A stretch of DNA of 64,000 nucleotides from Octopus vulgaris (lineage: Eukaryota): positions 26,784,001-26,848,000 of the forward strand of contig OX597816.1 in NCBI GenBank assembly GCA_951406725.2. Reading direction: 5' to 3'. Made by a program: the position numbers and the translations under genes. Below, one piece after another: positions 1 to 12,366 of this stretch. The number at the start of each line of letters is the position of its first letter. Positions within the stretch are counted from its first letter, which is position 1. Under the pieces are notes generated by a model. The model ran no database searches. It was not told the origin of the DNA and worked only from the letters and a program-made list of their open reading frames with translations.

Positions 1-633
1 GGTGCTAGCGGAGTGGAGTGCCTGAGTGCGTACGACAAGTGTTTGTGTCTGTGAGTTCGTGTGTGCGATAGAAGTACAAGCAAGGTATATGCATGTGAAA
101 CAGAATACAATACAGAGCATAGAATGAGTCTCTCAGGATATTTCAGACAAGATGGAGTTAATTTACCAGTTCGTAGTAAGGTTACACAATAGTTGTAGTC
201 CTGTAAAAGAGGTTGAGGTCACGAGGCAGTACCGGTTACTACACGTGCAGAAGTTGTGGTTATTATGCCGTGCCGGGTTACTTGATACAGGAATCTCGCT
301 GGTAGACTGGAGCTGTTCACCTTGGTGAATATTCACAACAGCGTGGAGTTTAAACCTGAGCGAGTTGCTGTGTACGTATTGGTGTTGCTGGAGATGAAGC
401 CGACGGAGATGGAGACGTCCTGTGTTGCTGGTGTATGTTAGCGTCGTTGTCGGTTGGAGCAGGAACATGGCTGGCTGGCTGGTCGTCGCTGTTTGTCACT
501 GGAACTGGCTGAGTCGCTCTGTGGTCAGAGGTTAGTCCTGAGAAGGACTGGAACCTAAGACCGGTGTTGCTGGAACATGGTTGAGTCGCTCTGTGGTCAG
601 AGGTTAGTCCTTGGAAGGACTAGAACCAAAGAC
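1..633 (-). mobile_element. LTR-like element, partial inverted copy of 57150-57740
   Basis: Reverse complement aligns by eye with 57157-57740, including a twice-repeated ~70-bp unit (gagtcgctctgtggtcagaggttagtcc). Confidence 0.7.
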
Positions 634-836
634 GAGAAATAGTGAAATGTAGCAGTCCATTGGGGGACGATGCTACTGTTGTTTATAGCCCCAGGAGGAC
701 ATCTCCTCCAGCTGGCAAATAACACACTGCCTGTGTCTGCTTAGTAGCTTAGTATTTGCGAAGGGAAATCATCGTTTCTATCTCTAGCCTTACGGGATAC
801 ACACAGACCCGGGTTTCTAGGTAGTAACCCATCAGT

Positions 837-882
<46 letters not shown>

Positions 883-970
883 AGTGTGTGATATATTGAT
901 ATATATTCAATATTATCTGGGTAATAACCTCATGACATGCATTTAAAAGCTTCTATACTGTTGTCAGCTA

Positions 971-2090
971 TTATATACCATCATGCAGCAAAGTTATTTC
1001 CTGAGCTGGAGCAAATCTACCCAATGAAGTTCCGGCACATAGTTGTTGCTGAATCATATTATTTATGTAATTATTCATACAATTCTTTTTGTGTAATGTA
1101 TGAGAATGAAAGCTCAGCAACGTAAAGCTGGTGACGCAGCACAGAAACAAATGTTGCAATTTCTTAGCAAAGCCTGTTTTTTTTTTTTCCATCTTCCTGT
1201 TGTTTAGCAGGTATTGCTTGGGTGATACAATACGGCATTCGAAGGCCATCTGCACTGATCTCAGGCCTCTACCGCCTTCATTTCTTCTTAAGTAGAGCCG
1301 GTCAACATCCCTGATTCTGTGGAAGTTCCCAGTTGTTGTCAGGATTTTGCGAGTTTTGAGTGGATTTCCTCTGCGGACCAATCAAGTATCCCAAATGTTG
1401 GGATCAGTACTGGTACTGCAAATGCACTTTGGGATATTGTTTTGTTGTAAGAGGAGAGTTCCGGCTGCCATATTTTCCTAACTCTGGTGTAATATTCTCG
1501 GGTCACTCTTTACCGTAAATCCATGAGAATAATCCGCATTTTCCCCCAAAATTTAAAGGTCAAAATCTCTAGTGCGTAATATATACGAGGTTAAAAATGA
1601 AAAATATTTTCTAAGTAATGTTCGAGTCTCTATTTGCTGTCCGGCAATTTTTATTCAGATGCATTTTGTGATGTCGGGCGCAAAAATACCTTAAGCTAAG
1701 CCCGAAAGCAATGAAGTCATAAAAGAATCATCCATAACTTGCAGTAAGCAACATTTATTAAACGTTATTACTGTTATTACTTTATTTTCTACAAACAAAA
1801 TGCACGAAAAAAAGCTATACGTTTGCATTGTTATATAAACAATAATAATAAAGGACGTTACCCTATACATTTTTACAAACCAAGGACGTTATATAGACCT
1901 CCTTGATTCAAGTTAGAGAAGGGGGGCGTATTATACACAAGGTTTAAGTTTTTCAGAGGTACAGCCCCCTAAAAATCCCCTGCGTATTATACTCAAGGGC
2001 GGACTATACTCGAGGATTTACGATATTCACAGTGCCTTCATATTATGCATTTTCGTCTATGCCTAGGTACTTGTAACATTCTTTGTGTGG
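971..2090 (-). mobile_element. R4/Dong-type non-LTR retrotransposon RT fragment, interrupted by a MITE
   Basis: YKYLGIDE (about 2050-2075) and KTRKILT...H..DVDRLYLRRNEGGRGL are typical of R4/Dong RT C-terminal regions; frameshifted. Confidence 0.75.
1511..2025. mobile_element. pogo/Tc2-type MITE
   Basis: TIRs taccgtaaatccatgagaataatccgc ... gcggactatactcgaggatttacgata with TA at both ends. Confidence 0.75.
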
Positions 2091-2963
2091 AGCGAAGGAG
2101 ATAGAGAGACCGTTGATGCACAGGTTTTGGGTTTGGGGGACTGACTTTCATCATTCTATAACCAAATATGAACATTTCTTTTGGTCAAATTCCATGCCCG
2201 GATCAGCTGAAAATGTTATTAATCTCAGCTGTGACAAGGGAGATAACCCGTCATCGACATATTGCATGTGGTGAAAGACAAGAAAAATATATTTAAATCA
2301 AGAAAATGGGTAACCATATTCTATTCATAGTTTTGTATCTAGTCTTGAATTGGTTTATATTAAGATTAGGGACCTTTTCGGTTTGAACGGCAGTTTTTAA
2401 CATAATTTCTAGGTAACTAAAAAAATTTAAACTTCGTATACTGGTAGAATGTGTTTATAAAACATCTTTTTCTCTTGGCTTTATTGAGAAAATTCTATAG
2501 TTTGTAAGATATTTCTTTTTTTTTTTCTTCAATTTCTGCAATTTCAACCATTCACTGACGTCTATTGAGGTAAAAAAAAAAACATTCTGTGTCGCATGAA
2601 TATGTCCCTTGTTTAAGAAACAGATTGGGTTTATTTACATTTGTGAAGAAAAAAGATACCCTTCCCCCACCCCTAATCCTAACCCTAACCCTAAAACAGA
2701 TTGAAATGCAATAGATCGATGATTTAAGTTAACCAGGGCCCCACTCCTGTCACCCTTTCTATGGTGGATTGTATGAGGGGGAGGCTGGAGTGGGTAGATC
2801 TGCTCGGGATGGGGCATGTTAATCGACAGCTTTTAGGACAGCAGTCAAGTGGCGATGCTCCATCCTGTCGACTGCTCTGAGCTGACCCAAATCTACGAGC
2901 TCTCCACTAAAGCCAGATCTATTTCCGATCCGCTCTATGATGCATTGCATGGAATGGAAACTG

Positions 2964-3240
2964 TCACGTTTTAGAGGTCTGCCAGAGATCATACAATCTG
3001 ACTACACTTTCAATTAAAAGCACTAGCCTCTTAACGAGCACCTTTGCCAAAATATTTAACTTTGTGTTGAGTGGAGTTATGGGTATGAAGTTTTCTATCA
3101 CGTCCCCGTTGTTCGAACCCTTCCTCGGCAACATCATCACTCTCCGGCTCACTGAACTGTGAATGCTCCCAGTCTGCTGCCGACTTCAGTAGATGGCTGC
3201 TAAGACAGGGGCAGCGAACAAGTCTGGCATTGCAAAATGT
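2964..3240 (-). mobile_element. L1/Tx1-like RT fragment
   Basis: NFIPITPLNTKLNILAKVLVKRL resembles the RT motif (RPITLLN.D.KILAKVL..RL). Confidence 0.6.
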
Positions 3241-3631
3241 AGCTCATAGCTTTGATATAACTACCGAATTCTACTCGAATTTTACTTTTTAGTGAGATTT
3301 ACCACGTGCTATAGATAACAGCGCATATCAATTCTCACTTAATTTACTTTAATAATCCCATTCCTGAAAATAATTTCAGGCAGAGAAGTTGTATTCAATT
3401 TCCAGTACCTAGGATCCTATTTTATTAATCAGGTCTCAGCATGTTTTGAATTTGTGATCTGTGTAGCTAACTACTAGAAACTATGAACAACTTACACTCC
3501 CTCTATCGATTAATTTAACGGAAACTTTAAACTGTCTCAATGACTCACTGAGATTTGTTGAAGTCGATAATTGTGTTTTGTTTTCCTTCGAGATAAAATC
3601 CAGCAATAAATGCCTTTCTCACACGAGCGCA

Positions 3632-3677
<46 letters not shown>

Positions 3678-6600
3678 TACGATCGTGAGGTTTCGGTTTC
3701 GATCCCACAGCGTGGAATTTGAAGCAAGTGTCCTAGTGATCCTGCTTGTTTGTGAAATTTCCACCCACTTTTAATTCACCAAGTTAATGAATTCTCTGTC
3801 CTGTTGATTGAACAATTAGAAAAGTCATTGTCGACTTTTCTAAATGTTTGATCAATGGAACCCAAGTGGAATTGATAGGAAATCAATAGGAAAGCAGTGC
3901 ACAGTCACGCGCATCTTTAACGTTATTCTTCAGCGAGAATCGACAAAGCAGTGAATGGAAACCAAAAACCTCATGATCGCATGTGGGGGGGGGCATGCCT
4001 GTGTGCGTGTATGTGTGCACGCGCCTATGGAGGCTATTGGAGGAAATTACAGTCATAATCAGACGTTTTCAAAATGAGTGTTGATCAGACCCATATCAGA
4101 CATTGCACGCTGTATGGATTCAAAGGTGGTTCTTCGGCAATGGAAGTGGCAAGAAATATTCGTTCCGTCTACGGAAATGAAGCGTTAAGTGTCTGGATAT
4201 ACCAAGGCTGGTTTGATTAGTTTCACCTGGGAATATTTTCCCTCGCAGATTCCCCCTCTACCTTGACAACCATTTTCTGTCAATATTAAGCTTCTGAGAA
4301 CGAAGAACTGGCAAAATGCTTAGTGGCACTTTGTCTGCCTTTACGTTTTGAGTTCAAATGCTGCCGAAGCTGACTTTGCTTTTTATCCCTACAGGTCGAC
4401 AAAAAGAGTACCATTTGAATACTGGGATGTACTTGCATAGCACGTGACCTGATCTGAGATCGTGTACCGAAACGAAAACAATTGCAGCGTGGAAGGTGTT
4501 TATAAGCCATTTAAGAAACACACAAAATCCGTTAGATTCACTTCAACATTTAAATTCAATTTGTCAAAATATTTTCGTTGCTTTGAAACCGTGACCTGTT
4601 TACTAAAAAAAATTCCGTGCTGTATCTCATTGTGTTCATTTGAATATTGGAGTCGATGTAATCGACTTACCCCCTCTCCTGAAATTGCTGGCTTTGTGCC
4701 AAAATTTGAAACCAATATTAAGCTTTTGAAAGCCGTAGATCAGGAAATTCCAAAGCAAACTGCACAAGTATTAGCAAATCAGTTCAATTCACTTCACACC
4801 TTCATGAACTTAGAAAAATGTCTAAAATTGGTCAGAATGTCAGTTGTTGTTTGAATACTCCTCAGCTTAATCAAAGAGTTGCCCTCTATTTGTCATTGAA
4901 AGTTGACTTGCTACGAAACCCTTTTGTGGGTAGAAACATTACAAGTGAAAAGTGGGTTCTCTATAACCATATCCAACGAAAACGACAGTGGTTAGCATCA
5001 TTGAAAAAGGAGAATCCATCCCCAGCAAAAAACTATTCTCTGTGTTTTGTGGGATAGGATATCCTCTATCATGAAATATTAAACCAAAATGAAACAGTAA
5101 ATGCAGAAAACTATTCTCGTCAATTGGAAGCTTTGCACAAAACTTTACAGAAAAAGCGTCTACCATCAATTGCAAATGGATGTTGTTCTTACATTGTAAT
5201 AAAACTACATATTGCTCAAGTCACTTGAGAAAAGATTATGGCTCTAAATAAACAAGTTATCCTCCTTACTCTCCTGACCTTGCTCCATTTGTTTATCATC
5301 TTTTCAGGTTATTGCTAGATTATTTGGAGGGAAAACAGTTTATCAGTTGTGAAGCGGTTGAAAATGATACAGAGTGTTTCTTTAATTCGAAACCAGAAGA
5401 GTTTACTCCCGATGAGTCAACAATTTGCCAAACAGATAGTGTAGTGGAGTTCATTTCGGACCTTCTGCCTAGAGTAGATAAGAATATTATGGGAAATCTG
5501 TCGATGTAGGTTCGAATCTACTCTATACCTAAGGCCCGAAATTTTGGGAGGTGGGGGGGGGGGGGAACAGTCGATTACATCGACCCCAGTACGCAACTGG
5601 TACTTAATTTATCAATCCTGAAAGGATGAAAGGCAAAGTCGACCTCGGCGGAATTTGAATTCAAAAAGTAAAGACAGACGAGGTACCGTATGCATTTCGC
5701 CCGGCGTGCTAACGTTTCTACCAGTTCACCGCCTTTGTTTTCCTATATTTCAACAGTACTTTTCTCACAGAAGAAACAATAGTGACAGCAAATTACATTT
5801 AGTGTATGTCTTGACTACTTAACCTTTGTAACCTCTTCTATTTCACCAAAAGTTGAACTGGGATAACAGGCGCCCAACGAAATCTATTGTTCTCAACAAT
5901 ATGTCTCTCCTTCTGGCTGGTTTTGCATGGTTATAAATACTAAAACTTCATAAGCCAAAATCAGTTAGTGAACGGAGACAACTAGAGATGGCCACAGGCA
6001 GACAGCCACTTGAGATAAACGGCCAAAGGGAGAAAAAAAGTTACAATCAGCGACTATGAAAGTTTTACAACTTTCCTCGACTCTCTAACTCTCACTAGCT
6101 CGCTTTCTTTTCTCTGCAACATCACTCTGTCTCTATCGACGTGATGGAACATGTATCAGAAAGGTAGTAATTCTTTTTAGACAGGGCAGCGAGTTCTTTT
6201 TAAACCGGGTTCACCAAATGTAACGGTTGGTTAAGGTGGAGTCAAGGGTCACCAGTAGAGGCAGTTATTCGTTTTGAGTTGTTATATCGATGATGTTGAT
6301 GTTGCCGTTGTGCAAGATGAAAGACGAAGAACAGTGGATGAAGTTAATCTTGACTCCAAATTTATTTACCGTTACTTTTATATCATACTGCGACGGGCAG
6401 GTGTGTGATATAAAGTGGAAAAGCTTGCGAGGTAAAGAGAGTAAATTTTGACCTGTATATTTGTGTACAGGTTCTCGTAGTAGTAGTAGTAGTAGTAGTA
6501 AAAAGATTGAGACAGAGTGATGCTGCCGAGAAAAGTGTGGGATGACGTCAGCAGCTGGGTGCGTTGACCGGAAGCTGGGGCAACTGGAAGGGGAAACCGT

Positions 6601-6690
6601 CAGGCGTGCGTAGGCAGCGGTCAATTGGGCTTTTCCAACGTGGGTCGTCCAGGTGACAAGACGTGTGAGGACGGTCGCTAAGGGTTTGGG

Positions 6691-6953
6691 TGAGCAGCTG
6701 CTATCTTTAGTGTTCGGGTCGGGGCTGTGTCGAAGGATTAGTTACCATAGAAGGGTCTCCGTCACGAGGAAGAGAAGGTAGGTGCCTTTATATTCGAATC
6801 GTGCACACATCAATGTCGCCGAAATAGCTTGTGGTGTGTGCACGATTTGAATATAAAGGCACCTAAATTCTCTTCCTCACGATGGAGACCCTTCTGTGGT
6901 AACTAATCCTTCGACACAGCCCTGACCCGAACACTAAAGATAGCAGCTGCTCA
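6691..6953. repeat. Long hairpin (~120-bp arms, ~25-bp loop)
   Basis: tgagcagctgctatctttagtgttcgggtc...gtgcacaca is mirrored by tgtgtgcac...gacccgaacactaaagatagcagctgctca. Confidence 0.9.
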
Positions 6954-7178
6954 AATCGTGCACACACCACAAAAAGAAAGTAAGCTGCTGAAAGTTAGAG
7001 ATTCGAGGAAAGTTGTAAGTCCCATAGTAGCTAATTGTAACTTTCTTTCTCTCTCTGGCCATTTGTATCAAGTGGCTGTCTGCCTGTGGTTAATTTCTAG
7101 TTGTCTCTGTTCACTAACTGATTTTGGAAAATGGAGTTCTAGTATTTATAATCATGCAAAACCAGTCAGAAGGAGAGA

Positions 7179-7575
7179 CAGGAGTGGCTGTGTGGTAAGT
7201 AGCTTGCTTACCAACCACATGGTTCCGGGTTCAGTCCCACTGCGTGGCATCTTGGGCAAGTGTCTTCTGCTATAGCCCCAGGCTGACCAATGCCTTGTGA
7301 GTGGATTTGGTAGACGGAAACTGAAAGAAGCCTGTCGTATATATGTATATATATATATATATGTGTGTGTTTGTGTGTCTGTGTTTGTCCAACTAGCATT
7401 GCTTGACAACCGATGCTGGTGTGTTTACGTCCCCGTCACTTAGCGGTTCGGCAAAAGAGAAACCGATAGAATAAGTACTGGGCTTACAAAGAATAAGTCC
7501 CGGGGTCGATTTGCTCGACTAAAGGCGGTGCTCCAGCATGGCCGCAGTCAAATGACTGAAACAAGTAAAAGAGTA
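7179..7575 (+). mobile_element. CORE-type tRNA-derived SINE (octopus OR-like); at least 12 copies in the window
   Basis: A/B-box head (tggctgtgtggt / ggttcagtccc), CORE-like (a)ccttgggcaagt, internal (TA)n(TG)n, (AAAGAGT)n-like tail. Other copies at about 22995-23365(-), 24995-25414(-), 26543-26956(-), 27345-27757(-), 28080-28728(+), 32728-33174(+), 36822-37240, 46860-47255(+), 47670-48078(+), 62680-62920(-). Confidence 0.85.
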
Positions 7576-8118
7576 TATTGTTGAGAACAATAGATTTCGT
7601 TACGCGTCTGTTATCCCAATTCAACTTTTGGTGAAATGGAAGAAGTCACAAGGGTTAAGTAGTAAAGATATTGGTTGTAATATCCTTTCTGAATCTCTGG
7701 GCCCCCTCCCTTCAGTCATGCGGCCCGGTGTCCAGAGGGTGAGCTGATTCGCGATGTCCTCCTCCCGCCTCCACATCCCAAATGGTGCAAACGCACAGGC
7801 GGGCAGCTGAAGACGTGGGCAACGACGATGAAGGAGGACCTCTCCGATCTCTCAGGTCTGCAGGCTAAGCAAAACTATATGCTAACCGTAACTTGCTGTC
7901 AGTATTGTTTCTTCTGTGAGAAAAGTGCTGTTGAAATATTATGGGAAATCTGTCGATTCAGGTTCGAATCTACTCTATGCTTATATGAAGTCCACTACAG
8001 ATGGTATTATGTTATCAATAATAAATTAAAGAGGGGAAATAATGACTTGATTAAATATATCAATTAAGACCAATTAAGGATTTGTTTCTTTCCCATCTTG
8101 AAATGCGACAGGACTTTC

Positions 8119-8310
8119 ATGTGTGTATGTATGTATGTATGTATATATGTATGTATGTATGTATGTGTGTGTGTATGTGTATGTATGTATGTATGTATGT
8201 ATGTATGTATGTATGTATGTGTGTGTGTATGTATGTATGTATGAATGTATGTATGTGTGCATATATAAATATGTGTGTGTATATATATATTCTGTGTGTG
8301 CATGTGCGCG
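8119..8310. repeat. (TATG)n/(TG)n compound microsatellite
   Basis: Visible directly; it generates the spurious MYVC/HTYI ORFs. Confidence 0.95.
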
Positions 8311-9259
8311 CGCCGCGAACGTGCATGTATTGTTTAGCTTCGGGTCCACTCTGATCGGAAAGTATTCTAGCTAAGACCAACCCTTCTTTTCTTGTGCGTA
8401 CAGGGAATCCAGGCCTAGAATATGTGATATGCCCCTTTATAGGAGCGTGGGGATAAAATTTGCGAAAGATTCGGCTGTTATTTCTAGCAGGTGGAGTAAA
8501 CATGTCCTAAGCTTGTATGTATGTGCGTGTATGTATCTGTGCGTGTGTGTGTGTGTTTGTAAGAATATGTACTTGTGTACCCGTATCTTATTTATATAAC
8601 ATGTGCGCGAGTGTGAACTATTTAAACAACTACGCCGTGAAACTTCTCGATTGTTTCCCTTACACTCTATCGAAGAAAAAAATCTACAGTAAGTCTCTTG
8701 AGCTGCTTTCGTTTGTGTTAGACGTTCAACTAATAGTTAGTTTCGTCTGTGCGAAGTAATCTACTCACAGACATAAATATTATACATCTACAATTATTCA
8801 ATTTATATCATTTTAAATTTGATATCTCATACTATTTCCTTCTTCATAAATCGGCTCAGAAATATTTTCTGCCAGAGAATCTGTTCGGTATTTACTTTCG
8901 CTAATGTCGACATTGCGTTCGCCCTTAAGGAATCGATAAAGTAAGTATCACTCAAATACTATGGTTTATATAATCGATGGCACACCACTCATATTTTTTA
9001 ATACTGTTTATATATACGAAACGATTATTATGTCCAGCTGCGGTTTAAACCCTGTTGAAATAAGTATTAGTCGTACACCGAGTCAATTCAAACGGTTATA
9101 TCCTTATAATTTGCGACTTTATGCAAGCACTAGAAATGTTGTTGTTGTTGTTGTTGTCGTCGTCGTCATGATCAGGAAGGCGAACACGCAGAATCACTAA
9201 GCGCATCTGACAAAGTATTTTGGGGCATTTTGCTTTTCATCCTTCCGAGGTCAATAAAC

Positions 9260-9492
9260 CCATTTCTTTACTACCCATAAGGGGCTAAACACAGGAGGGA
9301 CAAACAAGGACAGTCAAACGGATTAATTCAATTATATCGACCCCAGTGTGTAACTGGTACTTATTTAATCGACCCCGAAAGGATGAAAGGCAAAGTCGAC
9401 CTCGGCGGAATTTGAACTCAGAACGTTAGCGGCAGACGAAATACCGCTAAGCATTTCGCCCGACGTGCTAACGTTTCTGCCAGCTCACCGCC
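9260..9492 (-). mobile_element. Meta-domain-like tRNA-derived SINE with 20-bp TSD; many copies
   Basis: Head ggcggtgagctggcagaa..gttcaaattcc, central gcctttcatcctttcggggtcgat..aataagtacc, TSD ccttccgaggtcaataaacc. Other copies at about 5530-5733(-), 9688-9918(+), 21858-22087(+), 34397-34630(-), 37711-37942(+), 54537-54764(-). Confidence 0.8.
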
Positions 9493-10599
9493 TTCCGAGG
9501 TCAATAAACCGGTCAGATTCTGGGATCAATGTAATCGATTTGCCCCTCCTTTCAAAATTGCTGGCCCTGTGTCACCGAGGTCAACTTTGCCTTTCATCCT
9601 TTTCAGGGTCGATAAAATAAGTACCCGTTGAGTAGTTCCTCCCACAAAATTTCAGGCCTTGTGTTTACAGTAGAAACAATTATTATTCGGCGAACTGGCA
9701 GAATCGTTAGCACGCCGGGCGAAATGCTTCGCAGCATTTCGTCCGTCTTCACGTTCTGAGTTCAAATCCCGCCGAGGTCGACTTTGCCTTTCATTCTTTC
9801 GGGGTCGATTAAATAAGTACCAGTTACGCACTGGGGTCGACATAATCGACTTAATCCATTTGTCTGTCCTTGTTTGTCCCTTCTGTGTTTAGCCCCTTGT
9901 GGGTAGTAAAGAAATAGGTTTAAGTACCCGTTTTGTATTAGGGTCGATCTAGTGAGAAAGAAAGAAAGAGGGGGGAGCTAAGTTATTTCTCACACACAAA
10001 TTACATTTTTGTCATAGAAACTTCAATTGGTTCTTTAGATTTGGTAATAAAATTAAGTAAGATCCACCAAAGTAATATTTCGTCAATAAGTAACACTAGG
10101 AACCCTTAAAGTAGTTCTAAGGAAGAGTCAACATGACAAGACTGGCCCTTTGAAATACAGATACTACTCATTATTGCCAGCTGGGTGGACTGGAGCAACG
10201 GGAAATAAAGTGTCTTGCTCAAGGACACAACGCGTCGCCGGGAATTGAACTCATGACCTTGCGATCGTGAACCGAATACCCCTAACCACCAAAATTTATA
10301 CTTAGTTGATGTTAACATACATAACTGAATTGAAGCAACGAGAAAGTTTTCTTATGGTTTCTAAACTAGCTAGAAATAATAGCCAAACCGCCCTCGAGCC
10401 TGTCGTAAGGAAGGCCAATGGATAATTTTACATACAATGTCTGAAAAAAATAAGATGAAATGTCACAATCCGGACGTCAATGACTGTAAATCTTCTTGAC
10501 TGGAGTTAGCGAAATTTTGTTATCAAAATTATTTTTACACCGTGTTACAAACCGTGAATCCATGTAAACTAATTCTTAGCAGATACTAACTGAAATTAG

Positions 10600-11014
10600 G
10601 GATCTTTTCGGTTTGAACGGCAGTTTTTTTCTCTTGCGGTGTCATATGAAATTGTCACCCATAATTATGACCCTAGTATCGATCTATTGCATTTCAATCT
10701 CTTTTAGGGGTGCGGGAAGGGTATCTTTTTTCTTCAGAAATGTAAATAAACCCAATCTGTTTCTTAAACGAGGGACATATTCATACGGCACAGAATGTTT
10801 TTTTTTTTACCTCAATAGACGTCATTGATTGGTTGAAATTGCAGAAATTGAAGAAGAAGAAAACAACAAATATCTTACAAACTATAGAATTTTCTCAATA
10901 AAGCCAAGAGAAAAAGATGTTTTATAAACACATTCTACCAGTATACGAAGTTTAAAAGTGTTTAGTTACGTGGAAATTATTAAAAAAAAACTGCCGTTCA
11001 AACTGAGAAGATCC
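10600..11014. mobile_element. ~415-bp MITE with GGATCTTTTCGGTTTGAACGGCAG TIRs
   Basis: Clear TIRs. Complete copies also at 42576-43009 and 60311-60725; partial copies at about 2369-2720, 51340-51629, 54900-55082 and 55800-56026. Confidence 0.85.
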
Positions 11015-11575
11015 GAATTTTGTTGTCTTTGTACCCACTGAGGATGTTAGTCTGCGCGCAGTTCCCAAAATAATAAGTGTATTCTTTTTTCGCCACTGGT
11101 AAAATGATAAATTTATTCAACAGCTGAATAAAATTCTTAATTTCATGAGTATGTATGTTGAAAACTCACAGATGATATTTAACTGTTCTCTCGTTTTTAA
11201 TAGACACTGAGCTCTTTTAAATTTATTTATTTATTGCTAAGATAGCAACCGGTATTTTGTATGGTACCACTTACTGTAGGTATGGATTGAAGAGATTGGT
11301 CTCACAGCTGGAGCATACTGTTGTCACTTTTGGAATTTCATGCGATTAAATTATTATTCAATTTTATCGTGAAAAGAATCATTTTAAACATACATAATGC
11401 AATATTCAATTTTATCTTTATTTATTCGTAGTTTTGTATACTATGATGTGTCTAAAGCTTTGTCGTGTATGGTCGACCGGATCACTGACACGATTTAGGA
11501 TGTTACCGAAGTCTGGGAGCTAAGTTTTTTAATTTTTTTCTTTTATGTCCGCGTCACCCTTTTATTGAAGTTAGG

Positions 11576-12366
11576 TGCGAACCTTCGGTATATGTACCGG
11601 TGTAAGTACCGGATACATTTCAAAAAAGGTTTTTTTCATATATATATATGGGGGGGGGGTTAGGGTTAGGGGGGGAAAGGGTTTCTGTTATCTTCAGAAA
11701 TGTGAACAAAGTCACGTGTTTACATATGCCTATTTCTTTAATACCCACAAGGGGACAAACAAGGACAGACAAAAGGATTAAGTCGATTACATCGACCCTA
11801 GTACGTAACTGGTACTTAATTTATCGACCCCGAAAGGATGAAAGGCAAAGTCGACCTCGTCGGAATTTGAACCCAGAACGTAACGGCAGACGAAATACCT
11901 ATTTCTTTATTACCCACAAGGGGCTAAACACAGAGGGGACAAACAAGGACAGACATAGGTATCAAGTCGATTACATCGACCCTAGTGCGTAACTGGTACT
12001 TAATTTATCGACCACGAAAGGATGAAAGGCAAAGTCGACCTCGGCGGAATTTGAACCCAGAACGTAGCGGCAGACGAAATACCTATTTCTTTATTACCCA
12101 CAAGGGGCTAAATACAGAGGGGACAAACAAGGACAGACATAGGTATTAAGTCGATTACATCGACCCCAGTGCGTTACTGGTACTTAATTTATCGACCCCG
12201 AAAAGATGAAAGGCAAAGTCGACCTCGGCGGAATTTGAACTCACAACGTAACGGCAGACGAAATACGGCTACGCATTTCGCCCGGCGTGCTAACGTTTCT
12301 GCCAGCTTCGCCGCCTCTTCAGAAATGTAAACAAAGTCACGTGTGTACATATACCGAAGCATCGCC
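11576..12366. mobile_element. Small TIR element (second MITE family) carrying a triple SINE insertion
   Basis: TIRs (t)gcgaaccttcggtatatgtac / gtacatataccgaagcatcgcc. A tandem SINE array occupies about 11728-12316. Confidence 0.7.

Larger units (their letters stand above)
5440..7999. mobile_element. TG...CA composite element with 5-bp TSD nested in the mariner
   Basis: Termini tgtagtggagttcat / atgaagtccactaca. Flanks gatag (5435-5439) and gatgg (8000-8004). Internal inverted arms. Confidence 0.7.
4075..8120 (+). mobile_element. Decayed mariner (DD34D-type) transposon split by nested insertions
   Basis: N-terminal HIRHC.LY.F..G.SA.E.ARNI..VYG, degenerate IT.EKWVLY and YSPDLAP..YHLF (about 5267-5305). 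The C-terminal NLPNR|WYYVINN resumes at 8000, after the 5440-7999 insert. Confidence 0.8.

Noticed and set aside
3545-3630. Possible minus-strand first exon (donor ca|gtgagt), also donor-like sites at about 8690-8945
   Set aside because: No linked coding exon or homology is visible in the window, so support is insufficient.
7152-7409. Recurrent ORFs such as RQASFSFRLPNPLTR and EDTCPRCHAVGLNPEPCGW as a gene family
   Set aside because: They are antisense translations of the CORE-type SINE and are frameshifted between copies.
8064-8503. Overlapping ORFs rich in HTYI/MYVC
   Set aside because: They are translations of a (TATG)n/(TG)n microsatellite.
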